Positions 17,711 to 26,873 of a stretch of 37,914 nucleotides of DNA are shown in pieces. The DNA comes from Anaerolineales bacterium (lineage in GTDB: Bacteria > Chloroflexota > Anaerolineae > Promineifilales > Promineifilaceae). Below the pieces are notes generated by a model. The model searched no databases. It saw only the letters and a list, made by a program, of their open reading frames with translations, and had not been told where the DNA came from. Made by a program: the position numbers and the translations under genes. The stretch covers positions 1 to 37,914 of the forward strand of contig JAGRDI010000025.1 in NCBI GenBank assembly GCA_020432765.1, read 5' to 3'. The number at the start of each line of letters is the position of its first letter. Within the stretch, counting starts at the first letter, position 1.

Positions 17711-18421
17711 TTATTTTGTGGCTGCGAGGATGGTATAGAGGCTGAGGTCACCTTCTTTGCCGTCACTGCGGAATTGGTCAATTATGTGCAGGTTGGCCGC
17801 TTGGGCTAACACAGCCGTTTCCTCCACATCGATCTGACATACATAACGCAAACCAAAACCATCGCGCTGCCAGGTTAGTAAATAATCGTTCGGCTCAACG
17901 TCATTGGAGGCCAGACCAACCAGTGACCAATCACGCACTTTGCGACGTTGACGGGGGCTGTCCATAAATTGCCAGTTTGACAGAAAAATACGGCCGTTTG
18001 CATCCAAATGCGCGGCCAACTCTTGCAATAAGCGCAAACGCTTGGCATAGCCCGGAATATGCTGCATGGCTGCCAAACAAACGACGATGTCAAAATTGCC
18101 AAGCCCATCTAAACAACCCGGACGGCTAATATCACGCTGGATAAATTCACCTCTGGTATTGGCATTGGCTTTTGCCAAAAGATCAGTCGTAAAATCAACG
18201 CCTACATATTTTTGCAACGGCCGCTTTTCTCGGGCAAAACGGCCGAAACGCCCCTCACCACAACCCACATCCAATAAGCGCGGGCCGGCTGTTGGAAAGT
18301 ATTCTAATAGACGATGAAATCCAGGCTGCGGCGTGCGCCGACTATCAGCAAATGAATCCGCAATTTCTGCATAAAATGTTTGGTTTAGCTGAATGAGTAT
18401 TTGGGTAGTTTCCGGGGTCAC
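17711..18421 (-). CDS. Class I SAM-dependent methyltransferase (Methyltransf_11/25 type, Trm9-like N-terminal motif)
   Basis: 236 aa with SAM motif I LLDVGCGEGRFG, a post-I acidic residue in VGVDF and motif IV-like VVCLAAMQH. The N-terminal FADSRRTPQP resembles the FSxTRxKPWP motif of Trm9-type tRNA methyltransferases. Confidence 0.75.
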   Translation of the reverse strand: MTPETTQILIQLNQTFYAEIADSFADSRRTPQPGFHRLLEYFPTAGPRLLDVGCGEGRFGRFAREKRPLQKYVGVDFTTDLLAKANANTRGEFIQRDISRPGCLDGLGNFDIVVCLAAMQHIPGYAKRLRLLQELAAHLDANGRIFLSNWQFMDSPRQRRKVRDWSLVGLASNDVEPNDYLLTWQRDGFGLRYVCQIDVEETAVLAQAANLHIIDQFRSDGKEGDLSLYTILAATK

Positions 18422-18445
18422 GTTTACGTTTACCTTCGCTTGTTT

Positions 18446-19111
18446 TTACCGTGAATTGAAATGTATTAATTTTTGTCGCAATGCGGCTAAAATATCTACT
18501 GCCTCTGCAATTAGCTTTTTGTTTTCTGGTTTGTTAGGCCACAGACTTGCACCTGATGGATGCGGCAGTGGCACTACCCAACGGCCGTTACCATCTTTAG
18601 ACGCATCATAACCACGCAGCCATTCACCTTGTGAAAAATCAAAATTGACAGGATTGGTGAGTGTTGGTGCTGGAAAATAAACGGCCGTACCAATCAGATC
18701 ATTTAACTTCAACTTCGCTGGAAACAACAGCTTAATTGCCAAACCGCCAACTAAAATCATCACACGCGGCTTTACCAGGCTAATCTCGCGTTCGAGAAAC
18801 GGCCGACACAACTTTTGCTCGACTTTACTAGGGACGCGATCCCCTTTGCCATTTTTTCCTTTGCCCGGAAAACATTTGGTAACGGCCGTCATATATTGTG
18901 TCGCACGAAAATCAGCCTCATCCCAACCAGCAGCTTCAAGCCATTGAAATAAGCGTCGTCCGCTGCTGGCATTAAACGGCCGTTTCGCCTCAACTTCCGT
19001 TACCCCCGGCGCCTGCCCGATTAACATCACATCGGCCGTTGCAACGCCGCTAAACACCGCTCCCGGCACAATCTGATAGCCCGCCGTATAACACACCTGA
19101 CAAGCCCGCAT
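18446..19111 (-). CDS. Uracil-DNA glycosylase superfamily protein (family 4-like)
   Basis: 221 aa with motif A GQAPG, followed by FNASSGRRL, and motif B HPSGAS near the C-terminus. Confidence 0.75.
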   Translation of the reverse strand: MRACQVCYTAGYQIVPGAVFSGVATADVMLIGQAPGVTEVEAKRPFNASSGRRLFQWLEAAGWDEADFRATQYMTAVTKCFPGKGKNGKGDRVPSKVEQKLCRPFLEREISLVKPRVMILVGGLAIKLLFPAKLKLNDLIGTAVYFPAPTLTNPVNFDFSQGEWLRGYDASKDGNGRWVVPLPHPSGASLWPNKPENKKLIAEAVDILAALRQKLIHFNSR

Positions 19112-19133
19112 TTCTTGATGTAACTCGAACTGA

Positions 19134-21686
19134 TTAATCAGAAGGAAATTCCTCCGCAGTTAAGCCAAATAGATGTGCGCCAACACTGCCGGACTCAGCT
19201 TCGATCTGTTGGCTGAATTCGTCAACGAGATCACGTTTGACCGCTTTGCCAATCAGATTACGCTCAAAATCTTTGACAAAATAGACCAGCCGCGGTACCT
19301 GCGCGGGCGGTAACCGATGTTGACAATAGGTCGTGATCGCTTTACGCTGCATGCTGTCAGCAACCTTAAGACGTACAAAAGCCACCGGTATATTTGCAGT
19401 TATGATAACGACCACCTCATCAACCTCTGGTAGTTCATATATAACTTCTTCAATGTCACGCGGGAAAATTGGTTCATCAGAATCGGCGGCATGTCCCATA
19501 TCTTGGCGGCGGCTAATAATTTGGAAGAAACCATCCGTATCCATGCGTCCAATATCGTAAGTGCGTAACCAACCAGATTCATCAAGGACACGCGCTGTTG
19601 TCTCATCATCTTCCCAATAACCTTGCATCACTTGCGGCCCGCGAATTACCAATTCACCAATTTGTCCGGCTGGCAACGGCCGTCCTGTGTTCAAATCCAC
19701 AATACGCGCCTCTGTATTAGGCAGCGGCAAACCAATTGAACCAACCTTGTCACGACCATCTAACGGCGAAAGGTGGGTCACGGGGGCTGCCTCACTTAAG
19801 CCATACCCTTCGACAAGCTTGCCCTTGGTTAGTTTTTCGAATGCCTCTTCAATCTCAATTGGCATAGGCGCAGCGCCACACAAACAAACCTTGATTGAAC
19901 GTACATTAAATTTGCGTACATTGGGAAAATTATTGATCTTCATATACATCACAGGCACACCCGGAAAAAAAGTAGGCTTATGATCGCGAATCGCTCTCAA
20001 AATCTGTTCTGTATCAAACGTAGACTGCAAAATCAGGGTCGCCCCTTGACTGATTGGCACATTCATACCCACTGTCATGCCATAGACATGGCTGAACGGA
20101 ACAACACATAACGCTTTTTCTGCACCATCCTCGGCATCTGTTAACCAGGCACGCACTTGTAATGTATTGGCTATCAAATTGCGGTGGCTGAGTTTGACTG
20201 GTTTAGGCGCGTCAATTGTTCCACCGGTGAACTGGATAACGGCCGTTTCTTCGGCATCAGGCTTAAAAGGCGGCACAATATTTGTTTGGGTACGCAAAAA
20301 CCGTGTCCAAACATACTCCCGATGACCATCTGGTGCGGATAACATACGATGGCCTTCGCGGCGTTCACGGAACAAAGCAAAATGCAGCCATTTGTACCAG
20401 GGCAAATAATCTTTGAAACTCGTGAAAATAATCTGCTTGACACCAGTTGCATTGCGCACCTGCCTGGCCTTATCACCCAAGAAAGTCAATGCTACTATGA
20501 CCTCTGCACCAACTTGATTCACTTCCCGGATCAAATCGGCCTCCGCAGCAAATGGATTCACCATCACCGCAATACCACCTGCAAACAGCGTGCCGTAATA
20601 AGCAACCACCATTTGGGGGACATTGGGCAGCAGCAACACCACCCGTGTGCCAGGCGTGACACCTAAAGCAATTAAGCCATTAGCGAACCGAATCGCGGCA
20701 TCATACAGTTTGGCATAACTTAATTTACGTTTTTCAAAGAGAACGGCCGTTTGTTTCGGAAACCGCCGCCGCGCACGTTCTAATAACCGTGTTAGTGGCT
20801 GCTGCGGTACATGGATCGTCGGAGGCACGGTCGATTCATAATACGCCAGCCACGGCCGTTCACGCATCAAACTACTATGCACGCCACTACCCGACTGATT
20901 CCAGCGTGAAAAACGTTCTTCCGGCGCATTTTGTTCAACAAAGCGTTTAATCGCACGGTTAACCGCATCACGCCGTTCGACCATGACCATATGCGCCGAC
21001 ACATCTACACGAATAATTTCGGAGTTTCCAGCAGGGACTAACTCGGTCACACGCTCATAAGCAGCTTGCGGCAAAACCCGGTCTCTGTTGCCGATAATCA
21101 CCATAACCGGCATTTTTAATACTGGAAACAAATCCCAGCCGCGCCAACCATGCAGGCCATCTAAATACATGCGTTTCATTGCGGGAAGTGAGGCATCAAC
21201 CCATCCCTTTACAATGGGCTGCACGGCCGCCAATAAATCGCCCGGCAAACGAAAAGCTAATTTATAGTAGTTGGCAATATTGTACTCGCCAGCACCTGAT
21301 ATCAAGATCAGATAGCCAACTCGATCGGGGTAGGCGTGTGCAAATTCTGTCGCCAAAGCCACGCCAAAAGAATGGCCAATCAAGACAACCTTTTCATATA
21401 CGCCCAACTGGTCGAGGACAGCTTTGAGATCAGCCACCAACCGGGGCAGATCATATCCTTTGATTGGTGCGGAAGATTGTCCATGACCACGCATGTCAGG
21501 GGCAATAACATGATTATATTGGGTGAAAGCATCAAATTGATATTGCCATTGGCGTGCATTACCACCAAAGCCATGCAGCAAGACAAGAGTTTGTGACGGC
21601 CGTTGTGGAGCAACATCAATATAGCTCAGGTAAATACCTGGCTCTAACTCCATCTCCTTGCGATACAGTTCCAAATCAAGCTGCAT
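19134..21686 (-). CDS. Fusion protein: N-terminal alpha/beta-hydrolase plus C-terminal AMP-dependent acyl-CoA synthetase/ligase (ANL superfamily)
   Basis: 850 aa. Residues ~1-255 form an alpha/beta hydrolase (HGFGGN oxyanion region, nucleophile elbow GHSFG, candidate Asp in GNRDRV and His in SAHMV). Residues ~285-850 are FadD-like (FTGGTIDAPKPVKLSHRNL, EGYGLSEA, GELVIRGPQVMQGYW, YDIGRMD, GKAVKR). Confidence 0.85.
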   Translation of the reverse strand: MQLDLELYRKEMELEPGIYLSYIDVAPQRPSQTLVLLHGFGGNARQWQYQFDAFTQYNHVIAPDMRGHGQSSAPIKGYDLPRLVADLKAVLDQLGVYEKVVLIGHSFGVALATEFAHAYPDRVGYLILISGAGEYNIANYYKLAFRLPGDLLAAVQPIVKGWVDASLPAMKRMYLDGLHGWRGWDLFPVLKMPVMVIIGNRDRVLPQAAYERVTELVPAGNSEIIRVDVSAHMVMVERRDAVNRAIKRFVEQNAPEERFSRWNQSGSGVHSSLMRERPWLAYYESTVPPTIHVPQQPLTRLLERARRRFPKQTAVLFEKRKLSYAKLYDAAIRFANGLIALGVTPGTRVVLLLPNVPQMVVAYYGTLFAGGIAVMVNPFAAEADLIREVNQVGAEVIVALTFLGDKARQVRNATGVKQIIFTSFKDYLPWYKWLHFALFRERREGHRMLSAPDGHREYVWTRFLRTQTNIVPPFKPDAEETAVIQFTGGTIDAPKPVKLSHRNLIANTLQVRAWLTDAEDGAEKALCVVPFSHVYGMTVGMNVPISQGATLILQSTFDTEQILRAIRDHKPTFFPGVPVMYMKINNFPNVRKFNVRSIKVCLCGAAPMPIEIEEAFEKLTKGKLVEGYGLSEAAPVTHLSPLDGRDKVGSIGLPLPNTEARIVDLNTGRPLPAGQIGELVIRGPQVMQGYWEDDETTARVLDESGWLRTYDIGRMDTDGFFQIISRRQDMGHAADSDEPIFPRDIEEVIYELPEVDEVVVIITANIPVAFVRLKVADSMQRKAITTYCQHRLPPAQVPRLVYFVKDFERNLIGKAVKRDLVDEFSQQIEAESGSVGAHLFGLTAEEFPSD

Positions 21687-21692
21687 GCAAAT

Positions 21693-22715
21693 TTATTCCG
21701 TTAACTTGAGTGTGCTATTGAGTACGCGACTTTCTGGACTTTGACTTTGCAGCCACACGACTAATGCATGCACAGCCAAATGAATGCCATGTGTCGGACG
21801 TGGAAAACCAACTTCAGCCAAACTGATCACAAAATCTCCCTGCCGACGTTGGCGCATTTCCAAGCAAACACGCTGGTGAAAAGGCTCTTCGCGCACATAA
21901 GTCTCCACAAGCAGCTTGCCGGGACGTGTCGATTGGTACAGGTCCAAAAATTTTATATTGACAGCATCCAATTCCAGTGTCTGTGCTGTAAATCTACTCG
22001 CAATTGTCTCTAAACTATCTGGTGATGTCATGACCACATGGGGCATGGGCAGTTCCTCCAAAATTGCATATGAATCGGGTGCCAGAGCCGTATTGCGCAC
22101 CCATTTATAGTAATGACAAAGCCGCCCTTCTTGCAGCCCTTTCGTTTCATATTTGGTGCGCAAACGGGTCTCATCCTGGTTTACAAATGTGGTTGACAAC
22201 CGGCTGTCAAAGTAAGGTGTGCGTTCCAAACAAGCTGTAATCACCTCAGCATAGTCAGCGTGGTCTGTAGCAATATCCAACAAACCGCCATCCTGCATGC
22301 GTGTAGCTAAAAGGTGTAAAAAAGTGTCGCTGATCAATCGCCGTTGCTGATGACCGGCTTTTGGCCATGGATCAGGGAAGTTTATGTAAACTTCTGCTAG
22401 ACTTTGCGGCAGACATTGCAGCCAAAGGACGGCTTTAGAATCTCCTTGCAGCACTTGTGTATTGGTTAACTGTGCAAGACGTACTTTTTTGGCACCTTTG
22501 CGCAGCGATGGCAACGAAATTTCGATACCTAAAATATTGGTAGACGGCCGTTTCTGCGCCAAATCCACTAAAAATTGACCACCACCAAATCCAATTTCAA
22601 CCAAAAGCGGTGCCTCGCGACCAAAAACAGCAGTCCAATCCGTCGGCCACGGCATGCGTGCATAATGCAAAATATCTTCACCCATCCCCGAATTATAAAA
22701 CTCGCCGCACATCAC
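21693..22715 (-). CDS. trmB: tRNA (guanine46-N7)-methyltransferase TrmB with a ~130-aa C-terminal extension
   Basis: 340-aa ORF with a GTG at 22715 and an ATG at 22712. TrmB motifs are VEIGFGGGQFLVDLA, ILGIEI and INFPDPWPK. Residues ~209-340 have no motif I recognise. Confidence 0.8.
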   Translation of the reverse strand: MMCGEFYNSGMGEDILHYARMPWPTDWTAVFGREAPLLVEIGFGGGQFLVDLAQKRPSTNILGIEISLPSLRKGAKKVRLAQLTNTQVLQGDSKAVLWLQCLPQSLAEVYINFPDPWPKAGHQQRRLISDTFLHLLATRMQDGGLLDIATDHADYAEVITACLERTPYFDSRLSTTFVNQDETRLRTKYETKGLQEGRLCHYYKWVRNTALAPDSYAILEELPMPHVVMTSPDSLETIASRFTAQTLELDAVNIKFLDLYQSTRPGKLLVETYVREEPFHQRVCLEMRQRRQGDFVISLAEVGFPRPTHGIHLAVHALVVWLQSQSPESRVLNSTLKLTE

Positions 22716-22852
22716 GCAAGCCTAAGCTTGCTTTGCCCCACCGAATCAGCCACAATACATTCAGTCCGCGTGGGTGGACTTCACACTTGTAACAAGCGGG
22801 TTCAACCGCTGTGAAACTATGAAACAAAATACACCAATCAAAAGGAACCAAC

Positions 22853-23749
22853 ATGCAGAGAAAAACCATTCGCATCATCGGCGTCCCTATGGATCTCGGC
22901 CAAAGTCGACGCGGCGTCGATATGGGTCCCAGCGCACTACGCTATGCTAATTTACAAGGGCGTCTTGAACGCCTGGGCCATACCGTTTTAGACGAAGGCA
23001 ATTTACCAGTTCCCAACCCAGAAGAAGACATTGCGGAAGGGCAAGGTAGACGTTTGAAAACAGTAACGGCCGTTTGCCAAAACATCTACGAATTAGCCAC
23101 GCAATGCATCGAACACGGTGACTTCGCCCTATTTATGGGTGGCGACCATTCGATCAGCATCGGCACTGTAGCAGCCGCCTCACAACCCATTGGTCAATTA
23201 GGTGTTATCTGGGTTGATGCGCATGCCGACTTTAACACTCATGAATCCTCACCCTCCAAGAATATTCATGGCATGCCAGTTGCAGCACTTGTTGGCGATG
23301 GCAATGAATCCCTGATTAATGTTGGTTATCCTGGTCCCAAGATTCAGCCATCACAAATCGTCCAAATTGGCATTCGCGATCTTGACAAAAGTGAACGCAC
23401 ACGCCTTATTCATTCCGGCATCAATGTTTACACCATGCGGCATGTCGATGAACTTGGCATGGCGGCTATTGCACGCCAGGCGCTTGACCGCTTAAGACAT
23501 GTGGATCGCATCCATGTCAGCCTCGACATGGACAGCCTCGACCCGGACGAAGCGCCCGGTGTCGGCACCCCTGTTCCGGGCGGCCTAAGCTACCGCGAAG
23601 CCCATTTGCTCATGGAAATCTTGGGAGATAGTAAACGGGTACAATCGCTCGACATCGTCGAAATTAACCCGATCCTCGACGACATGAACAAAACGGCCGA
23701 ATTGGCTGTTGAACTTGCCGCTTCTCTATTGGGGCAGAGAATACTTTAG
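22853..23749 (+). CDS. rocF: Arginase
   Basis: 298 aa with ureohydrolase Mn-binding motifs GGDHS, DAHADFN and SLDMDSLDP. The N-terminus [27 protein letters not shown] is typical of arginase. Confidence 0.9.
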   Translation: MQRKTIRIIGVPMDLGQSRRGVDMGPSALRYANLQGRLERLGHTVLDEGNLPVPNPEEDIAEGQGRRLKTVTAVCQNIYELATQCIEHGDFALFMGGDHSISIGTVAAASQPIGQLGVIWVDAHADFNTHESSPSKNIHGMPVAALVGDGNESLINVGYPGPKIQPSQIVQIGIRDLDKSERTRLIHSGINVYTMRHVDELGMAAIARQALDRLRHVDRIHVSLDMDSLDPDEAPGVGTPVPGGLSYREAHLLMEILGDSKRVQSLDIVEINPILDDMNKTAELAVELAASLLGQRIL

Positions 23750-23773
23750 AAGGTTACTACTACGCATATGAGA

Positions 23774-23819
23774 GGAACAAATTGCATACAGCACTGAATT
23801 CGTTCCCTTCCAATTTTTT
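23774..23819 (+). terminator. Imperfect hairpin plus T-run downstream of arginase
   Basis: GGAACAAATT (23774-23783) pairs with AATTCGTTCC (23797-23806) with one A-C mismatch. The T-run TTTTTT is at 23814-23819. Confidence 0.35.
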
Positions 23820-23823
23820 GTAG

Positions 23824-24465
23824 CTACTGGTTGAGTTCTATAAAGTCAGCCGCAACCCACCCGGTTAATCCTGCTTGAGTTTGAACTTCTTGCCACTCAA
23901 GCTCATCCGCAACCTCACGACCGGGCAGCACAAGCACAACTGTACCGTCGATCAAATATTCGAGTTGGTCGGATTCAACTGTTGGTGCCGAGCGCAGCCA
24001 TATGCCGACCTCACTATTGACAGTTGCAGATAATGGCTCCGGCGTATTTGTCGCTGTAGGCAGTGGCGTCGCTGTGGCAGTTGGTATGGGTGAAGTCGGA
24101 CTAGGTTCGGATGTGGGTAAAATATTAGGCGTGGCTGTGGCTGCCTGAGTGACAACGGCCGTAACCGAAGGCAGTGGCGTGGCGGTAGATGGTGGTGTAT
24201 TCAGTGAAGTTTGCGATCCGATTCCCATCACACCTAACAATATCAAGGAAAGCACCAACATAAATATACTGCGAATCACATAGACCTGAGACGCGATCTT
24301 AGCCTCAACCCGCCCTACATCATAAGATTTCTGCGACGCACCACGACGCGAAGCAAAAGCCTTCCAAGCAAAATATATCGTCAGGAGTACACAAATTCCG
24401 GCCAATATCGGAATGACAATGGTAAATATTATCGTCACAACATCTCCTCCAAAACCATTCCCCAT
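23824..24465 (-). CDS. Membrane-anchored bacterial SH3-domain protein with a PT-rich linker
   Basis: 213 aa with two N-terminal TM segments and a PT-rich linker. The C-terminal SH3_3-like domain is GIWLRSAPTVESDQLEYLIDGTVVLVLPG...EWQEVQTQAGLTGWVAADFIE. It lies 4 nt downstream of the mazG/yabN stop. Confidence 0.7.
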   Translation of the reverse strand: MGNGFGGDVVTIIFTIVIPILAGICVLLTIYFAWKAFASRRGASQKSYDVGRVEAKIASQVYVIRSIFMLVLSLILLGVMGIGSQTSLNTPPSTATPLPSVTAVVTQAATATPNILPTSEPSPTSPIPTATATPLPTATNTPEPLSATVNSEVGIWLRSAPTVESDQLEYLIDGTVVLVLPGREVADELEWQEVQTQAGLTGWVAADFIELNQ

Positions 24466-24469
24466 AATT

Positions 24470-25945
24470 TTAACTAATCCCCTCTACTTTAACAGGCGCG
24501 TCGTCATTGGCAAGTAATTCTTTGGCTTCTCTCCATAAAAGATCAATCACAGGCAAGTCCAAATCGTTCCAATCCAACTTGCGTGTCTCCACCATTTGCT
24601 CCACCAAATTAAAACGCTTTGAAAAGCAGGAGTTGGCTTCACGCAAAGCTGTTTCAGCATCAAGCTTCAACCAGCGGCCCAAATTGACAAGTACAAACAA
24701 GATATCTCCGAGTTCAGACATTTTCTCTTCCGACGATTTCGCGTCTTTAAGCTCATCTATCTCTTCCTGTAATTTGTTCCAAACCCCACTAATATCTGGC
24801 CAATCAAAATTGACCTCACTGACTTTATCCTGTATCTTTTGCGAACGTGCCAGTGCCGGTAAGGCACTGGGAATATTGTCCAATATCGAATCTGGTTTAT
24901 CAACTTTTTCGCGCATTTTAAGCAGTTCCCAATTACGCAGCACTTCGGCTGTATCCGCTACTTCCCAGTCTCCCCAAACATGCGGATGCCGCCGTTTGAG
25001 CTTTGTCTCGATACCAGCAATGACTTCGGTCAGCGTGAAATCGCCCCTCTCAGAGGCGATTTGTGCCTGGAAAAGCAGATGATATAGCAGATCACCCAAT
25101 TCCTCGCGCAAGTTATCAACATCATCATTATCTAAAGCTGTTACTACTTCATATGCTTCTTCGAGGAAACCAGAACGCATACTTTGGGGGGTTTGCTCTT
25201 GATCCCATGGGCAACCATTTGGCCCTCTTAAAACAGCCACAGTTTCCGCCAAAGCAGGTAAAGTTGACGCCTGCGACAAAGGTGGCACATATAAACTGGT
25301 TAGATGATCAATTTGAGGACTGCGGTCGATTTCGTAGAGGTGCAGCTGCTCGATAGTTTGGTTATTTTCACCAGCAGCATGAATGAGCGTAACCAGATGT
25401 TCGTCGGGATAAACGGCCGTTAACAACAATTTCACCTCACCAGCCACCAAACGATTGTAAACCTGTGCCAATAAAAGCGGCGCATTGCTGTTGACCGGGG
25501 GATAAAGAAATTCACTTAGGACAAGCGCATCAAAAATTTGTAAACCATCCAGCGCATCAATGCCAACGGCCGTTAACGCCGGCTCCACAAAACTCAGTCC
25601 TGCAACAATACGCATTGGCAAATTGATTTTTTTTGCAGCAGCCACCAGCCTGGTTACAGTCGCTTCACCCACAAACGGATGACCCGGCACAGCATAGACC
25701 ACATCTTCTGATTGTCCTAACTGCAACAATTCAGCCACAATTTGATCATAGACATCACCAAATTTTTCTGCGCTGTCATAAAGATGGTCAAAACTGTGTA
25801 AGACCGCGCCATTCGGCAAATCATCAACTGCGGGGTGACGTTTAGTGCGCAAATAAATTGTCTCGACAGTCGTTAGTGTCTGCCATGCCTCACGAGTTAG
25901 TAAACGGCCGTTGCCCGGCCCCAAGCCAACAATAGTAATCCCCAT
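24470..25945 (-). CDS. mazG: YabN-type fusion: tetrapyrrole (SAM) methylase-like domain plus MazG nucleoside-triphosphate pyrophosphohydrolase
   Basis: The N-terminus MGITIVGLGPG is the TP_methylase start. The C-terminal half has tandem MazG repeats (EEAYEVVTA...ELGDLLYHLLF and EEIDELKDA...ELGDILFVLVNL). I chose the ATG at 25945. The ORF-track GTG at 25975 would translate through a terminator hairpin. Confidence 0.8.
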   Translation of the reverse strand: MGITIVGLGPGNGRLLTREAWQTLTTVETIYLRTKRHPAVDDLPNGAVLHSFDHLYDSAEKFGDVYDQIVAELLQLGQSEDVVYAVPGHPFVGEATVTRLVAAAKKINLPMRIVAGLSFVEPALTAVGIDALDGLQIFDALVLSEFLYPPVNSNAPLLLAQVYNRLVAGEVKLLLTAVYPDEHLVTLIHAAGENNQTIEQLHLYEIDRSPQIDHLTSLYVPPLSQASTLPALAETVAVLRGPNGCPWDQEQTPQSMRSGFLEEAYEVVTALDNDDVDNLREELGDLLYHLLFQAQIASERGDFTLTEVIAGIETKLKRRHPHVWGDWEVADTAEVLRNWELLKMREKVDKPDSILDNIPSALPALARSQKIQDKVSEVNFDWPDISGVWNKLQEEIDELKDAKSSEEKMSELGDILFVLVNLGRWLKLDAETALREANSCFSKRFNLVEQMVETRKLDWNDLDLPVIDLLWREAKELLANDDAPVKVEGIS

Positions 25946-25960
25946 GATATTTGTCCTAAC

Positions 25961-25986
25961 GAAAAAGGCGAGCACAAAGACTCGCC
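25961..25986 (-). terminator. Rho-independent terminator after rpsI
   Basis: The minus strand reads GGCGAG-TCTTTGTG-CTCGCC followed by TTTTTC, 34 nt downstream of the rpsI stop. The stem is only 6 bp. Confidence 0.5.
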
Positions 25987-26019
25987 AATAAAAATCGTCA
26001 ATCTATAACTGTCAATCGT

Positions 26020-26430
26020 TTAACGCTTGGTATAAGTCGGTGCCTTACGCGCACGTTTGAGGCCAGGTTTCTTACGTTCCTTCACACGTGAATCGCGCGT
26101 CATGTGACCATGCGTGCGTAAAACGCCGCGCAAATCCTCATCATATTTGACAAGCGCACGGGCAATACCAAGACGCACAGCACCGGTTTGACCAGTCGTG
26201 CCACCGCCATGAATATGCACAGTTACATCAACCTTGCCTTCCAGTTCAGTATCAGTTAACGGCCCCATTAAAATGCGATAATCACCAAAGCGCGGGAAAA
26301 AATCTTTGACTTCTCGATCATTCACAGTGAAACTACCAGTCGCTTCTGCATCTGGGTAAATACGCACACGCGCAGATGCACGTTTACGACGACCAATTCC
26401 CTCGTAATAACGACGTTTTTCTTCAACCAT
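26020..26430 (-). CDS. rpsI: 30S ribosomal protein S9
   Basis: 136 aa with GGGTTGQTGAVRLGIARAL and the C-terminal KAPTYTKR. Confidence 0.95.
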   Translation of the reverse strand: MVEEKRRYYEGIGRRKRASARVRIYPDAEATGSFTVNDREVKDFFPRFGDYRILMGPLTDTELEGKVDVTVHIHGGGTTGQTGAVRLGIARALVKYDEDLRGVLRTHGHMTRDSRVKERKKPGLKRARKAPTYTKR

Positions 26431-26442
26431 AATTCAATTCTC

Positions 26443-26871
26443 CTAGAGCTCCAACAGTTCCGGTTGCTGTGCATGATGCGGATGTTCACTGCCGGCATAC
26501 GCCTTCATTTTGCTCAACATCTTGCGTCCCAATGGGCCTTTAGGCAGCATACCCTTCACCGCCGCTTCGATTGGACGTGTTGGGTATCTTTCCAACTGAT
26601 CACGCAAGGAAATAGTTGTCAACCCACCCGGATAACCGGAATGGCGATAGTACATTTTCTGATCCATGCGATGTCCTGTCACTGCGATCTTTTCCGCATT
26701 AATAATAATCACATAATCGCCGCAATCTACAGATGGACTGTATATCGGTTTGTGTTTACCACGTAAAATAATGGCTACTTTAGAAGCCAAACGGCCAAGC
26801 GTTTGCCCTTCAGCATCCACAACATACCATTTGTGTTCTACTTCGGCCGGTTTTGTAACAAAAGTTTTCAT
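26443..26871 (-). CDS. rplM: 50S ribosomal protein L13
   Basis: 142 aa with [38 protein letters not shown]. Confidence 0.95.
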   Translation of the reverse strand: MKTFVTKPAEVEHKWYVVDAEGQTLGRLASKVAIILRGKHKPIYSPSVDCGDYVIIINAEKIAVTGHRMDQKMYYRHSGYPGGLTTISLRDQLERYPTRPIEAAVKGMLPKGPLGRKMLSKMKAYAGSEHPHHAQQPELLEL

Positions 26872-26873
26872 AA

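Noticed and set aside
17404-17781. 125-aa version of the PspC ORF that overlaps the methyltransferase 3' end
   Set aside because: A strong SD (AAGGAGG) precedes the internal ATG at 17598, and the PspC domain begins there. The upstream 61 codons are low-complexity and overlap the end of gene 17711..18421.
18446-19111. Apparent hotspot of the ACGGCCGT motif in the UDG gene (4 exact plus 2 one-mismatch copies in 666 bp), suggesting a functional link between the motif and uracil/mismatch repair
   Set aside because: Against a local background of ~1 copy per 630 bp, and with ~25 genes examined, four copies in one gene is not convincingly beyond chance. It is an idea only, with no evidence from this window.
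24507-25082. 191-aa Ser-rich plus-strand ORF antisense to mazG/yabN
   Set aside because: It is a shadow ORF of the MazG repeats. The composition is implausible (very Ser-rich), and there is no start context.
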